Shown here one piece after another: positions 14,790 to 24,666 of a stretch of DNA of 64,000 nt (positions are counted from its first letter, which is position 1; each line of letters starts with the position of its first letter). Origin of the DNA: Amoebidium appalachense. Its lineage: Eukaryota > Protista > Ichthyosporea. The position numbers and the translations under genes were made by a program. The stretch spans positions 13,111,252 to 13,175,251 of the forward strand of contig CAVNZM010000003.1 in assembly GCA_963693365.1 (NCBI GenBank), in the 5' to 3' direction. The notes below the pieces were generated by a model, which made no database searches, was not told the DNA's origin, and was given only the letters and a program-made list of their open reading frames with translations.

Positions 14790-14956
14790 ACCTGCGTGCC
14801 AATGGCCTCTGCAAGGTCAACTTCCAATATCCAGTTAGCGCTGTGAACGGGGTGCTGCAAGCTGATGATCTGCTTAACAATGGCGGTGGTACCATCGAGT
14901 GTCTGGGAAAAACCCTTACATACAGTGGCAAGATCCAAGGTCACCGGGCACTAGTG
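25..14956 (+). CDS. Multi-exon gene (5' end outside window, 3' end uncertain) for a giant secreted/cell-surface mosaic protein: PAN x2, PA14-like, Calx-beta-like, VWD(GDPH), C8-like, EGFs, SdrD-B-like, Thr-rich mucin stalk
   Basis: More than 20 coding-like blocks bounded by (Y)nCAG and GTRAG sites, all on +, separated by microsatellite-rich introns; Cys patterns and N-glycosylation sequons throughout. That all blocks form one gene is inferred. Confidence 0.75.
698..928 (+). CDS. Exon: PAN/apple domain 1
   Basis: tgcag| ... |gtaagt; [26 protein letters not shown] fits the PAN C-x3-C-x5-C...C pattern. Confidence 0.75.
2140..2379 (+). CDS. Exon: PAN/apple domain 2
   Basis: cccag| ... |gtaagt; [30 protein letters not shown]. 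Confidence 0.75.
2694..2885 (+). CDS. Exon: possible start of PA14-like domain
   Basis: cacag| acceptor; [26 protein letters not shown] resembles the PA14 G-hydrophobic-x-x-x-YY start; donor approximate. Confidence 0.4.
3156..4393 (+). CDS. Four exons (3156-3331, 3475-3649, 3872-4037, ~4217-4393): repeated beta-sandwich modules of uncertain family
   Basis: Canonical splice sites; [10 protein letters not shown]...[12 protein letters not shown] and NPGVIATIQ...[12 protein letters not shown] are two related repeats; VSWMVLEEG. Confidence 0.55.
6247..6417 (+). CDS. Exon: Calx-beta/cadherin-like beta-sandwich
   Basis: ttgcag| ... |gtaaaa; [15 protein letters not shown]...[15 protein letters not shown]. 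Confidence 0.7.
6810..8954 (+). CDS. Exons (6810-7017, 7518-7714, ~8240-8378, ~8888-8954) encoding a VWD domain
   Basis: RTRR furin-like site, [14 protein letters not shown] (GDPH at 6990-7001), [39 protein letters not shown]. Confidence 0.75.
9420..10355 (+). CDS. Large exon: Pro-rich linker, C8-like Cys domain, EGF-like repeat
   Basis: tgcag| ... |gtatg; [11 protein letters not shown]...FVQACILD; [18 protein letters not shown]. Confidence 0.75.
11685..12372 (+). CDS. EGF exons (11685-11807, ~12281-12372)
   Basis: [38 protein letters not shown] (Ca-binding EGF-like); [14 protein letters not shown]...YTCTCP. Confidence 0.75.
12616..13033 (+). CDS. Exon: EGF end plus SdrD B-like (Cna-B-type) domain
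   Basis: [19 protein letters not shown]...[20 protein letters not shown]. Confidence 0.75.
13269..14166 (+). CDS. Exon: EGF - Thr-rich mucin stalk - EGF - unknown domain
   Basis: [30 protein letters not shown]; poly-Thr with internal duplication; second EGF; donor gtatgt. Confidence 0.8.
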
Positions 14957-15049
14957 GTACGTAGGCAGGGCCGCGCCTTTTATCCCCCCCCCCCCAGAAA
15001 AAAAAAAGAAAAAAAAAAACCAAAAAAAAACCAACACACATGTGAGCTT

Positions 15050-15172
<123 letters not shown>

Positions 15173-15766
15173 TGCACACATACGCATGCACATGCATACG
15201 CACACACACATGTACGCGATTTCAAAGATGCACACACACATACGCGATATGTGTGTGTGTGTGTATGATGATTTGGGGGGGGGGGGGGGGGGGGGGGGGT
15301 GGTTTCAAGCTCCTACATGCGTTATGTACAAACACATGATGCTGTGGATGGATGCAGTACGTACCCAGGGTCTGCGGACACCAGCCGTAATGGGTAAACA
15401 GAGAAAAATAGGCCCATTTCGTTGTGCATTATACTCCTGTGTATCAATTGATAGACCACCTAAATTTCTGGTGGTCTATCAATTGATACACATAGATACA
15501 CTATCACCGGGAAAGGGCAGTAAATAAAACAAAATAAAAAATAAAAAAGTGCACATACTTTTGCACACACAGTGACAGGCTGCGCACACGGCCGAGTGCT
15601 TTAGCACAGCTATATGGCAACGCCTGCACAGACACACTAGCACTCAAGACTAAACCACCAAATCGTGCTCCCCCCCCCCCCCCTCCCCCCCCCCCCCCCC
15701 CCCCCGCCTTTCTACCGTTCCAACACCACCAACGCTGTTTGTCATCACACACACAAACATACACAT

Positions 15767-15838
<72 letters not shown>

Positions 15839-16226
15839 ACAGCTTGGGCCGACGGCAGGAGGCAAGGGGGAGAATGGGTTCGGCTGGCTGGTTTTCCAAA
15901 AGGAAATGCAGTGGCAAGGTGACTGGCTGTTCTCTATGAGCTGCTAGTGCTAAATTTCTAAATATAGCATCATGATTATTAAAGCAGCCTCTCCATGAGC
16001 TGCTAGTGCTAAATTGCTAAATATAGCATCATGATTATTAATAATGTAATAAAAAGGATATAATGTAGTATTTTAGTTTTATAGAATAGTGTAATAAAAA
16101 GGATGATGTAGAGAATGTTGATCCTCCCTCTTTCCCCTCGGCCCCGCCCCCTTCCCCCCTCTTACTCACACACACTCTCTCAATCGCTCTCTCTCTCCCT
16201 CTCTCTCTCTCTCTATCCCTCTATCC

Positions 16227-16326
<100 letters not shown>

Positions 16327-16666
16327 AAGAGGCCGTCCGCGGAGAAAACGCTATAGCTTGAAGTCTTAGCGATTGCCCGTGGAGAAAACGCTATTGCTCG
16401 AAGCCTTAGCTATAAGGGAGGGGAGGAGGGGATGGGGGGGTGATCACAAGGGTCAAAAATGAAAGAGTTGTGGCTAAATATGGGTCATGTCCACTGCGCA
16501 TAGACAAAGAACCAAAGTACTAGTGGTAAGCCCGCTTTTGTGCAGGAAGGTGCAGCTACATATGAGACGTGTGTGTGTGTGTTGGGGGGGGGGGGGGGGA
16601 GGGGGGAGGTATACACGGTGTGGTTGTGTGTGTGTACATGTACATGTGTGTGTTGGCGGGGCGGGG

Positions 16667-16697
<31 letters not shown>

Positions 16698-17383
16698 CTT
16701 TCCACGGTGCTTGTACAGTGTATGTGTACGTGTACATTATCATGCCCCACAAATTTCAGAATCCATATTTAAAGGGGGAAAAAAAAAAAAAAAAAAAGGA
16801 AACAGAGAAAGAAACAGAAAACAGTCAGAATTACTAGAAAGAAAGAAAAACACGAGTGGTTAACGCTGGCTACGGCTTTTAACTAGGGGGCAGTTGTAGG
16901 GTACGGGTACCAGTAGCAAATGCAGACGTTTACGTGCCAGTGCATGCGCACGTGTTCAACTTGTGGCTAATAAACAACACTCTGTTGATAGTCCTTTTGG
17001 CGAACCAAGTCCTTTAAGTCCGCCTCATAACTGCTATATATGGTAACTGTTTGTTATCCGCTAGTAACTGTATACTACATATAGTTTGCCAGAGTGAAGA
17101 CAAAGGGGGGTTGATGGACGGCTTCACGCTAGCCCCAACCCGCACACTACTGAGCTCTAGTGTGTCTACTTACATCGGCAGTGATGCCAGCTAAGTGTTG
17201 TTGTTGATGGCACAAGAGCCCCGCTACTTTATATACCCTGGCTGCTACCCACTACGTTGACAAATCTGTCTTGGCTAACACCGTACATCTACCCATTTTA
17301 TCTATTAATTCCTGGATGTTGGGCATCGGCCACTGTTTCTTCACGGTCACCTGATTTAATTTTCGTAGGTCTGATATAAATTG

Positions 17384-17578
17384 GGGTTTACGCTGTTTAC
17401 TCGAGGCAAAGAGAACCAGTCTCAGGTATGGGGGGGGGGGGGTTTGCTCGGAATATCCCCTCAGCGGTATATCATGATCACGTACATAGATGTCGGGTGG
17501 TGACTATATATCAGGGTTTACTTTCTCTACGAGACACCATAAAGACTACAAGGAGAAATCAATTAGTTGGGGTTCCCC

Positions 17579-17623
<45 letters not shown>

Positions 17624-17655
17624 GGGCTCCCCTCGGGACACTCGGTATCAGCTGG

Positions 17656-17706
<51 letters not shown>

Positions 17707-20003
17707 TGTGTGTGTGTGCGCGTGCGCTATAATTTTGTAGTGATGTGTTTCTCAAGCCAATCAATACATCTAATAAACAGGTCGTAGTTACGCGTGTTTA
17801 GTATAAAATCAAGGATGTTGTAATTTACAGGTAGGCTATCTTTCTGGGTGTCTGTTGTGAATGTGACGTGTGTGTGTTGCGGTATTATGTGGTCTATCAA
17901 ACTACATTTGGCGATACATGACCGGTTAAACTGGTGTGTGTGTGTGTTGTTTGGGCATGCAAATGATGCCACCTTATACTTATTAGATCTCCACTGTATA
18001 GCACGTGTACAGTAAAAGCGTGGTAATTGATCAATAATACCATCAGCTAGAGAAAGACCAGTTCTACAGGAAGGTAATATGTATTTAGGTGTTATACACT
18101 TGCGAGTGCCATATTTGGCAATATGGTTGAGGCGGTCAGTATATATAAAACGAGACATAAGGCTTAGTTTTTCAAGGTGTATGCTTTCATCGGGTCTAGT
18201 GTCGTGTGGTATCTTTTTCCATTTGTTATATTGCGTGATTATCTTGTGATTGTGTACATGTTTAATAAGTAAGTGGCAGTCCAAAGTCACACACACACTA
18301 TTGCGGGGGTTTATTTGTATTTGTGCCCAGGGGAGAAGGGGAGAGAGAGGGGAGGAAAGAGGGGAGAGGTGAGGAGGGGACAGGTCGGATAGAGAAGAGA
18401 GGGTGGGAGGGCAAATACTTCTTTAAGCGGCTTATGTGCTTATTGAATTTCAGCGCGAGATAGGATACTCTAGCAGCTATTGGGACCAGACCATATATCG
18501 AGAGCGTTACAGGCCCAGGTTTACAACAGTTGTTAGATAGAAAGGAGGCAACTTCTGCTTCAAGGAAATTTGCCAAGGGTTTAAGCGCTCTAGTTCTCTC
18601 TTTCTTGATCCAAGCGGCGAGAAGGGGTAAACCATATTCACATGCCGGGAAGACAAAAGTGCGAATAAATGTAAGTCTACTAGAAGGATGGAGGGGTGTG
18701 TCTTTAAAAATATTAGCCGAGAAGAAAGCTAACCGCTTACGAGCCAACTCTACCCTCTTTTCGACCATATGGGGAAACATAACACCAACAGAATCAACCG
18801 GAACACCAAGATATTTGTATTCTGGAACTATAGGTACAGGTTTAGATGATAATGTAAATGTGTGTAAATTGTTAGCTATATCAGGTACAAGAACACCACA
18901 TTTGTCTATGTTAAGGATCATAAGGTTTGCCTTGCACCACTCTGACACTACATCGAACAATCTTTGCAGGCGTCTAGGGGTACGGGCAAGGAGGGACAGA
19001 TCATCAGCATAGAGAAGTGCAGGCGGAAAGTTATTAATAGGGTAATCGTTTTCGGCGTAAATCTTGACAGCCAAATCATCTATAAATAGGTTAAACAAAA
19101 AGGGGCTAAGCAATGAACCCTGCAAGAGACCTCTAGTACGAGCAAAACCATATGAAAGATGCCCATTAACCACAGCTCTACCATAGGTTTGAGACAAGAG
19201 TGCTTCTAACAGAACACCAATGCAGTGTGGTACACCCCGTGCAGCAAGCTTTTCCCATAGGAGACCAGGGGAGACAGAATCGTAAGCAGTTTTCCAATCA
19301 ATAAAGCCAACATATTGTGCACCAACTTGCATAGAATCGTGCAGTGCCATTATTTGAACATAACATGAATTGTTTTTACGAAAAGCGGATTGGCATGGGT
19401 GTATGTGAAGAATAGATTGAAACCTAGGGTGATGTGCAAATAACCTAAGTAAGCAAGCTTCAAAGAATCTACGAACAACCTGGGTTAGTGTAATGGGGCG
19501 AAAGGATGATATGGGGCCCTCAGAGTCCTTCTTAACTATGGGGATCACTAAGGTATCTAACCAAGATGACGGGACATGTCCACATTTAACACACCAAGAA
19601 AAGAGAGAGCTTAACATGATAGTAAGATCAGGTTTAATAGCACGATCACTTTCCTTTTGTGGGTAGGAGGGAACAAGGATTTTAAGAAACCCAGCAGGGA
19701 GTCCATCAGGTCCACAAGACTTACTAGAGCTATAACTAGATATCACAGACCATATGGCATCGGGACTGAAAAAGGGGAGGATCGATTCTATGGGGATAGA
19801 TGGGTCTACAGGCCACACAATAGGTTTCTGAGCGGGGGTCCTATCTTTAAACAGTTCCGAGAAATACTTATCAGAGTCTATGAGGGGGTCTCCAGTGGTA
19901 TCACCAATAATACGAGCAGGGGGGCCAAATCGATTCATACTAGCAAGCCGGCGCAAGCTTTCCTTTTGAGACAGGGGTTCACCTAGTCTAGCGGGAGTGG
20001 TGA
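17384..20003 (-). mobile_element. 5'-truncated non-LTR retrotransposon, copy 1, with 10-bp TSD
   Basis: TSD atataaattg at 17374-17383 and 20004-20013; RT motifs KSCGPDG, FRPITL, DWKTAYDSV, GLLQGSLLSPFLFN, LYADD, YKYLG; C-terminal QWR..C..C..ILDFILN; stop codon at 18298 splits the ORF. Confidence 0.9.
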
Positions 20004-20163
20004 ATATAAATTGCCTATCACCATTGGATTTCTTTATCCGAAAAATTGGGTGACACCATGCTGACAGTGTTGGTTCTATTTGTCCTTTCCTGACCATTTT
20101 CTCTGCGATTTTCTTTGCCGCCTCCTCTTTGATTTGTTCTAAACGCCATTGTTTTATATACAC
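18298..20163 (-). CDS. Chimeric ORF: ~50 aa Gypsy RT N-terminus in frame with non-LTR reverse transcriptase
   Basis: 621-aa ORF; junction coincides with the TSD at 20004-20013. Confidence 0.75.
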   Translation of the reverse strand: MYIKQWRLEQIKEEAAKKIAEKMVRKGQIEPTLSAWCHPIFRIKKSNGDRQFIFTTPARLGEPLSQKESLRRLASMNRFGPPARIIGDTTGDPLIDSDKYFSELFKDRTPAQKPIVWPVDPSIPIESILPFFSPDAIWSVISSYSSSKSCGPDGLPAGFLKILVPSYPQKESDRAIKPDLTIMLSSLFSWCVKCGHVPSSWLDTLVIPIVKKDSEGPISSFRPITLTQVVRRFFEACLLRLFAHHPRFQSILHIHPCQSAFRKNNSCYVQIMALHDSMQVGAQYVGFIDWKTAYDSVSPGLLWEKLAARGVPHCIGVLLEALLSQTYGRAVVNGHLSYGFARTRGLLQGSLLSPFLFNLFIDDLAVKIYAENDYPINNFPPALLYADDLSLLARTPRRLQRLFDVVSEWCKANLMILNIDKCGVLVPDIANNLHTFTLSSKPVPIVPEYKYLGVPVDSVGVMFPHMVEKRVELARKRLAFFSANIFKDTPLHPSSRLTFIRTFVFPACEYGLPLLAAWIKKERTRALKPLANFLEAEVASFLSNNCCKPGPVTLSIYGLVPIAARVSYLALKFNKHISRLKKYLPSHPLFSIRPVPSSPLPSFLPSLSPSPLGTNTNKPPQ

Positions 20164-23052
20164 CGGTGGAGATAGTTGCCGCCTCCTCTTTGATTTGTTC
20201 TAAACGCCATTGTTTTATATACACCGGTGGACTGTCTCCAGTGTCGATCTCTATCTCAAAGCCTTTTATCTGACTAAACTCATCTGGGTCACCTGAAACG
20301 AAGCAGGTAGCATGTTTCTCAAGTAATTCTTCTACCTTAACGTGAATTCTAGGGGGAACCAATGACCAATCGAAACCTGCCGGAATCGATGCGCTGGGGG
20401 TTGGTGTCTGCTTTTGTGTATCACCTAAACCCGTTGGAATTTCATGCTGATCGCCAATGCTCTCCCCCGAGATACCTACAGCATGGACGACTTCACCACC
20501 CACTGAGACAAGATTCAGTGGTACTTGTATTAACATTCTGGTAAGTGCGCTCCCACACACCTTGAATGCAAGACAGAGATTGGCGAGCTCATTCTCTTGC
20601 ACCCCTGTATGTGTTCCTAAAAAATGCCTTAGCACGTGCTATCCTATCAGGATTTTCAGTGGTCAGCGCGTTTGGTTCATCTATCTTCTGTTTGCTTAAT
20701 TTGTCTAAGCGATCTTTGACCTCGACAGAATAAATGATATCGTATTTAGATATTATAGGCTGGAACCATCCGATCACACGAGGAAAGTGACATCCACATC
20801 ATGGTGGTTATTAACAATAATCTGCATGGTGTTATTCTTTTCGATCTCACAAACAAGAGGCATCAATACAGAAGAAAAATGTATGGTGGGGGACTTATCT
20901 GGATTCTCCGCTGGCCAGAAGTAACCGATAGTGCCGGGCGCTGGATGATTTTTGATAAACGCCCATTGTCTCCGATCAGAATGCGCAGGAATCCCCTTTT
21001 GCTCTGCTGACACCGTCACCGCACACAATGAATAAGAAGAAGGACCCATCTGTGCTGGAATATCCTCTCCCCCAACCGTGGTTAGTGAGTGTTTTTCATG
21101 GTTAATGGTTTCTATATACTGTTTTGCAAAGTCTTTTGCCAAGTATTGCATCGTGCCGAACATTTTCTAATACTAAAAATGGCCAGTAATACATTGTATT
21201 TTCAAGGAACAAAGGGATAACACACTTGCCAAGCACATGCAGTGAATCATTTTGTTTAACAGAGCCCACACGTGTGTTTGTTTGTCTTAGTGTCAACACG
21301 TTTTTGTGCCATAGGCTATATACTGCTGCGCTTATTAACAATGAGAAGCACCACTGTCACAAAGTGTTTTGTAATGTGTGCCATCAATGTGAACATCAAC
21401 ATACATGTGTGGGTCGGGGTCATGCGATACAATGGGGGAAACATCAATGCAATGCACTTTGCGTGGTGTATGATACATGCAATCGTAAGGGGGAGTAGAG
21501 TCGGGAGATTGAACATAGGAATGCTTTCTTTTATTGTCAACCTGCCCATCGACACTAGCGGGAACTGCCCTACTATCAGCTCCCGTGCATTCCTATTTTG
21601 CCTGGCTACCACAACCAGCACCTGCTACCCCATCATTGCATCCCTTTCTGCTAGGGCAAGCATAAGCCCTATGTTCTACAGAACCACACACCCAACAGCC
21701 TGTGTACTTTTTCTTAACCTGTTAGTCTTGCGGCTTTGTAATCCTACCATTTTCTCTAGTGCCATGCAGTCCTCCACGACCACCAAAACCTCCACGTCCC
21801 GCCCGCCCACGCCCACCAAACCCACCACACGCGGCCCCCGCCCACTTAATAAGAACCAAAACTAGCAACATCACCTGGATCTATAGCATTGGAAGAGGGA
21901 GCCTGGGCCGGAGCTGGTGTCTGTGCAGGTTTTGAACCACGGGCGAGTGGAACATAGCGAAGGGCGTTAGCAGTGACGTCCATTTCATAACGAGCAATGC
22001 TAGCATCTATAACCTTAGCTAACGTTTCACCCTGAGCAGCTGCACGAACGTCTGGATAGTTATGGAGAGATGCCTGCCATTGATAAATCTTAGTCGACTC
22101 GTTTTGATCTCCACGTGCACAGAACGAAAGAGTTTTCAGGAATTTGGTTTTCCATGTACGAGGGTTACCAAGTTGATGATTGTATACGTTGGGGTTGTAA
22201 TAATATGTGCATAGCATGAAAGTTGACGGTATGCTGTAAGGAATTCGTTTAAGGATGTATATGAAGACAAATCCATCTGCTCCAGCGGTTCATATGCTTC
22301 GTCGATGATCAAGGTTCTCAGTGCCCGAAATTTAGGTGCAGTAGTGTATGCAACAGAAGGAGGATGGTTATTATTAGCCTTGTGGTTACCATTATTGTTA
22401 TGGTCGTCTCCATCTTCATTTCCGTCGCCGCCAGCGCCACACATGCCATCTATGCCACCTTTGAGTGGGCCTGGTAGATCGTTTTGATTGGTCGAGTCCG
22501 CAATGCTCCGCATCATCATTGGAATGTGCACGTGAGTCATTGTCATTGTACTCCTATGGGGCCAAAGTAGTTGGTTTTCGTCGTCACTAGAATTGGCGTG
22601 TTTTCTTGCAGGTATAACACGTTTGAGAGGCCAAACAGGCGGAGTGTAAATGTGGACATGTGTATTGCAAATAATTTTTTTAACAACGCAGGATATATAG
22701 TAATGTATCATGTAGTGTCCGACTGGTGTAGTGTGGAATGTGCTCGCGCATACCACAATAAAAGGATGCGTTGCAACCATGATGACGGCGGGAGGGAGAA
22801 GCGAGTCGGCCAGCAGCGAAGCAGCTTCAAACGTAGCAATTTGGACAATAATGCTTCAGTAAATCCATGTCGAGGTAGGTAATAAAATGGGATGTAGGCA
22901 ATGAAAAAAATAATGAATTCAAAGCTGGCTGCGTGTATGGTTAGATGCAACAGCACGTTGCGCACTTTGGGACCTGCCAAAGCCATTCCGGCCTGTGTTG
23001 GAGTAGAATGGTATGCACCTCCACCAGTGTTGAATCGTCACTGGAATGGTAT

Positions 23053-23277
23053 GCACCTCCACCAGTGTTGTATCGTCACTATGTGCTGTGTAGCTGCGTA
23101 CGTGTTTGATAATGATGAAGGGGGGTTGATGGACGGCTTCTAGCTAGCCCCAACCCGCACACTACAGAGCTCTAGTGTGTCTACTTACATCGGCAGTGTT
23201 GCCAGCTAAGTGTTGTTGTTGATGGCACAAGAGCCCCCCTACTTTATATACCCTGGCTGCTACCCACTACGTTGACA
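23053..23277 (-). promoter_or_regulatory. Gypsy 5' LTR (23277-23066, TGT...ACA, TATATAAAG) and tRNA-Ala-type PBS (23064-23053, locally duplicated)
   Basis: Minus strand reads tgtcaacg...gatacaaca-c-TGGTGGAGGTGC, complementary to the typical tRNA-Ala 3' end. Confidence 0.6.
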
Positions 23278-23322
23278 AATCTGTCTTGGCTAACACCGTA
23301 CATCTACCCATTTTATCTATTA

Positions 23323-24119
23323 AAACCTGGGCCTGTAACGCTCTCGATATATGGTCTGGTCCCAATAGCTGCTAGAGTATCCCATCTCGCGCTGAAATTC
23401 AATAAGCACATAAGCCGCTTAAAGAAGTATTTGCCCTCCCTCCCTCTTTTCTCTATCCGACCTGTCCCGTCCTCACCTTTCCCCTCTTTCCTTCCCTCTC
23501 TCTCTCCTTCTCCCCTGGGCACAAATACAAATAAACCCCGCAGAAGTGTGTGTGTGACTTTGGACTGCCACTTACTTATTAAACATGTACACAATCACAA
23601 GATAATCACGCAATATAACAAATGGAAAAAGATACCACACGACACTAGACCCGATGAAAGCATACACCTTGAAAAACTAAGCCTTATGTCTCGTTTTATA
23701 TATACTGACCGCCTCAACCATATTGCCAAATATGGCACTCGCAAATGTATAACACCTAAATACACATTACCTTCCTGTAGAACTGGTCTTTCTCTGGTTG
23801 ATGGTATTATTGATCAATTACCACGCTTTTACTGTACACGTGCTATACAGTGGAGATCTAATCTGTATAAGGTGGCATCGTTTGCATGCCCAAAAAACAC
23901 ACACACACACCAGTTTAAACGGTCATGTATCGCCAAATGTAGTTTGATAGACCACATAATACCACAACACACACACGTCACATTCACAACAGACACCCAG
24001 AAAGATAGCCTACCTGTAAATTACAACATCCTTGATTTTATACTAAACACGCGTAACTACCACCTGTTTATTAGATGTATTGATTGGCTTGAGAAACACA
24101 TCATTACAAAATTCTAGCG

Positions 24120-24196
<77 letters not shown>

Positions 24197-24226
24197 AGCT
24201 GATACCGAGTGTCCCAGGGGAGCCCC

Positions 24227-24257
<31 letters not shown>

Positions 24258-24460
24258 AAAAAAAAAAAAAACGGGGAACCCCAACTAATTGATTTTTCTT
24301 AGTCTTTATGGTGTCTCGTAGAGAATTGAAACCCTGATATATAGTCATCACCCGACATCTATGTATGTGATCATGATATACCGCTGAGGGGATATTCCGA
24401 GCAAAACCCCCCATACCTGAGACTGGTCTCTCTTTGCCTCGAGTAAACAGCGTAAACCCC
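23323..24460 (+). mobile_element. Same non-LTR family, copy 2 (3' ~1.1 kb, opposite orientation), possible 6-bp TSD
   Basis: Near-identical reverse complement of 17384-18522; ctatta at 23317-23322 and 24461-24466; reads through the position of the copy-1 stop. Confidence 0.9.
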
Positions 24461-24466
24461 CTATTA

Positions 24467-24666
24467 TGTTAAGCTCTCTCTTTTCTTGGTGTGTTAAATG
24501 TGGACATGTCCCGACATCTTGGTTAGATACCTTAGTGATCCCCATAGTTAAGAAGGATTCTGAGTTTGGCCCCATATCATCTTTTCGTCCCATCACAATA
24601 ACACAGGTTGTTCGTAGATTCTTTGAGGCTTGCTTACTTAGGTTATTTGCGCATAACCCTAGGTTT
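24467..24666 (+). mobile_element. Same non-LTR family, copy 3 (internal RT fragment cut by Ngaro copy A)
   Basis: MLSSLFSWCVKCGHVPTSWLDTLVIPIVKKDSEFGPISSFRPIT matches copy 1 around 19420-19618. Confidence 0.85.

Larger units (their letters stand above)
17104..23322 (-). mobile_element. Degenerate, internally deleted Gypsy/Ty3 LTR retrotransposon
   Basis: gag-like frames 22780-21846; protease LCDSGAS at ~21364-21343; RT N-terminus IDTGDSPPVYIKQWRL..WCHPIFRIKKSNGDRQF resumes after the LINE insertion as ISDLRKLNQVTVKKQWPMPNIQELIDKMGRCTVLAKTDLS (17373-17258); ~200-bp direct repeats 17104-17307 and 23119-23322; PBS TGGTGGAGGTGC. Confidence 0.8.

Noticed and set aside
16335-16450. ~40-bp duplicate plus purine tract before tgatca (possible PPT/LTR start)
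   Set aside because: No matching second LTR or defined end.
17384-24460. DIRS-type inverted terminal repeats or a foldback transposon
   Set aside because: The inverted pair is two separate LINE insertions, each with its own apparent TSD.
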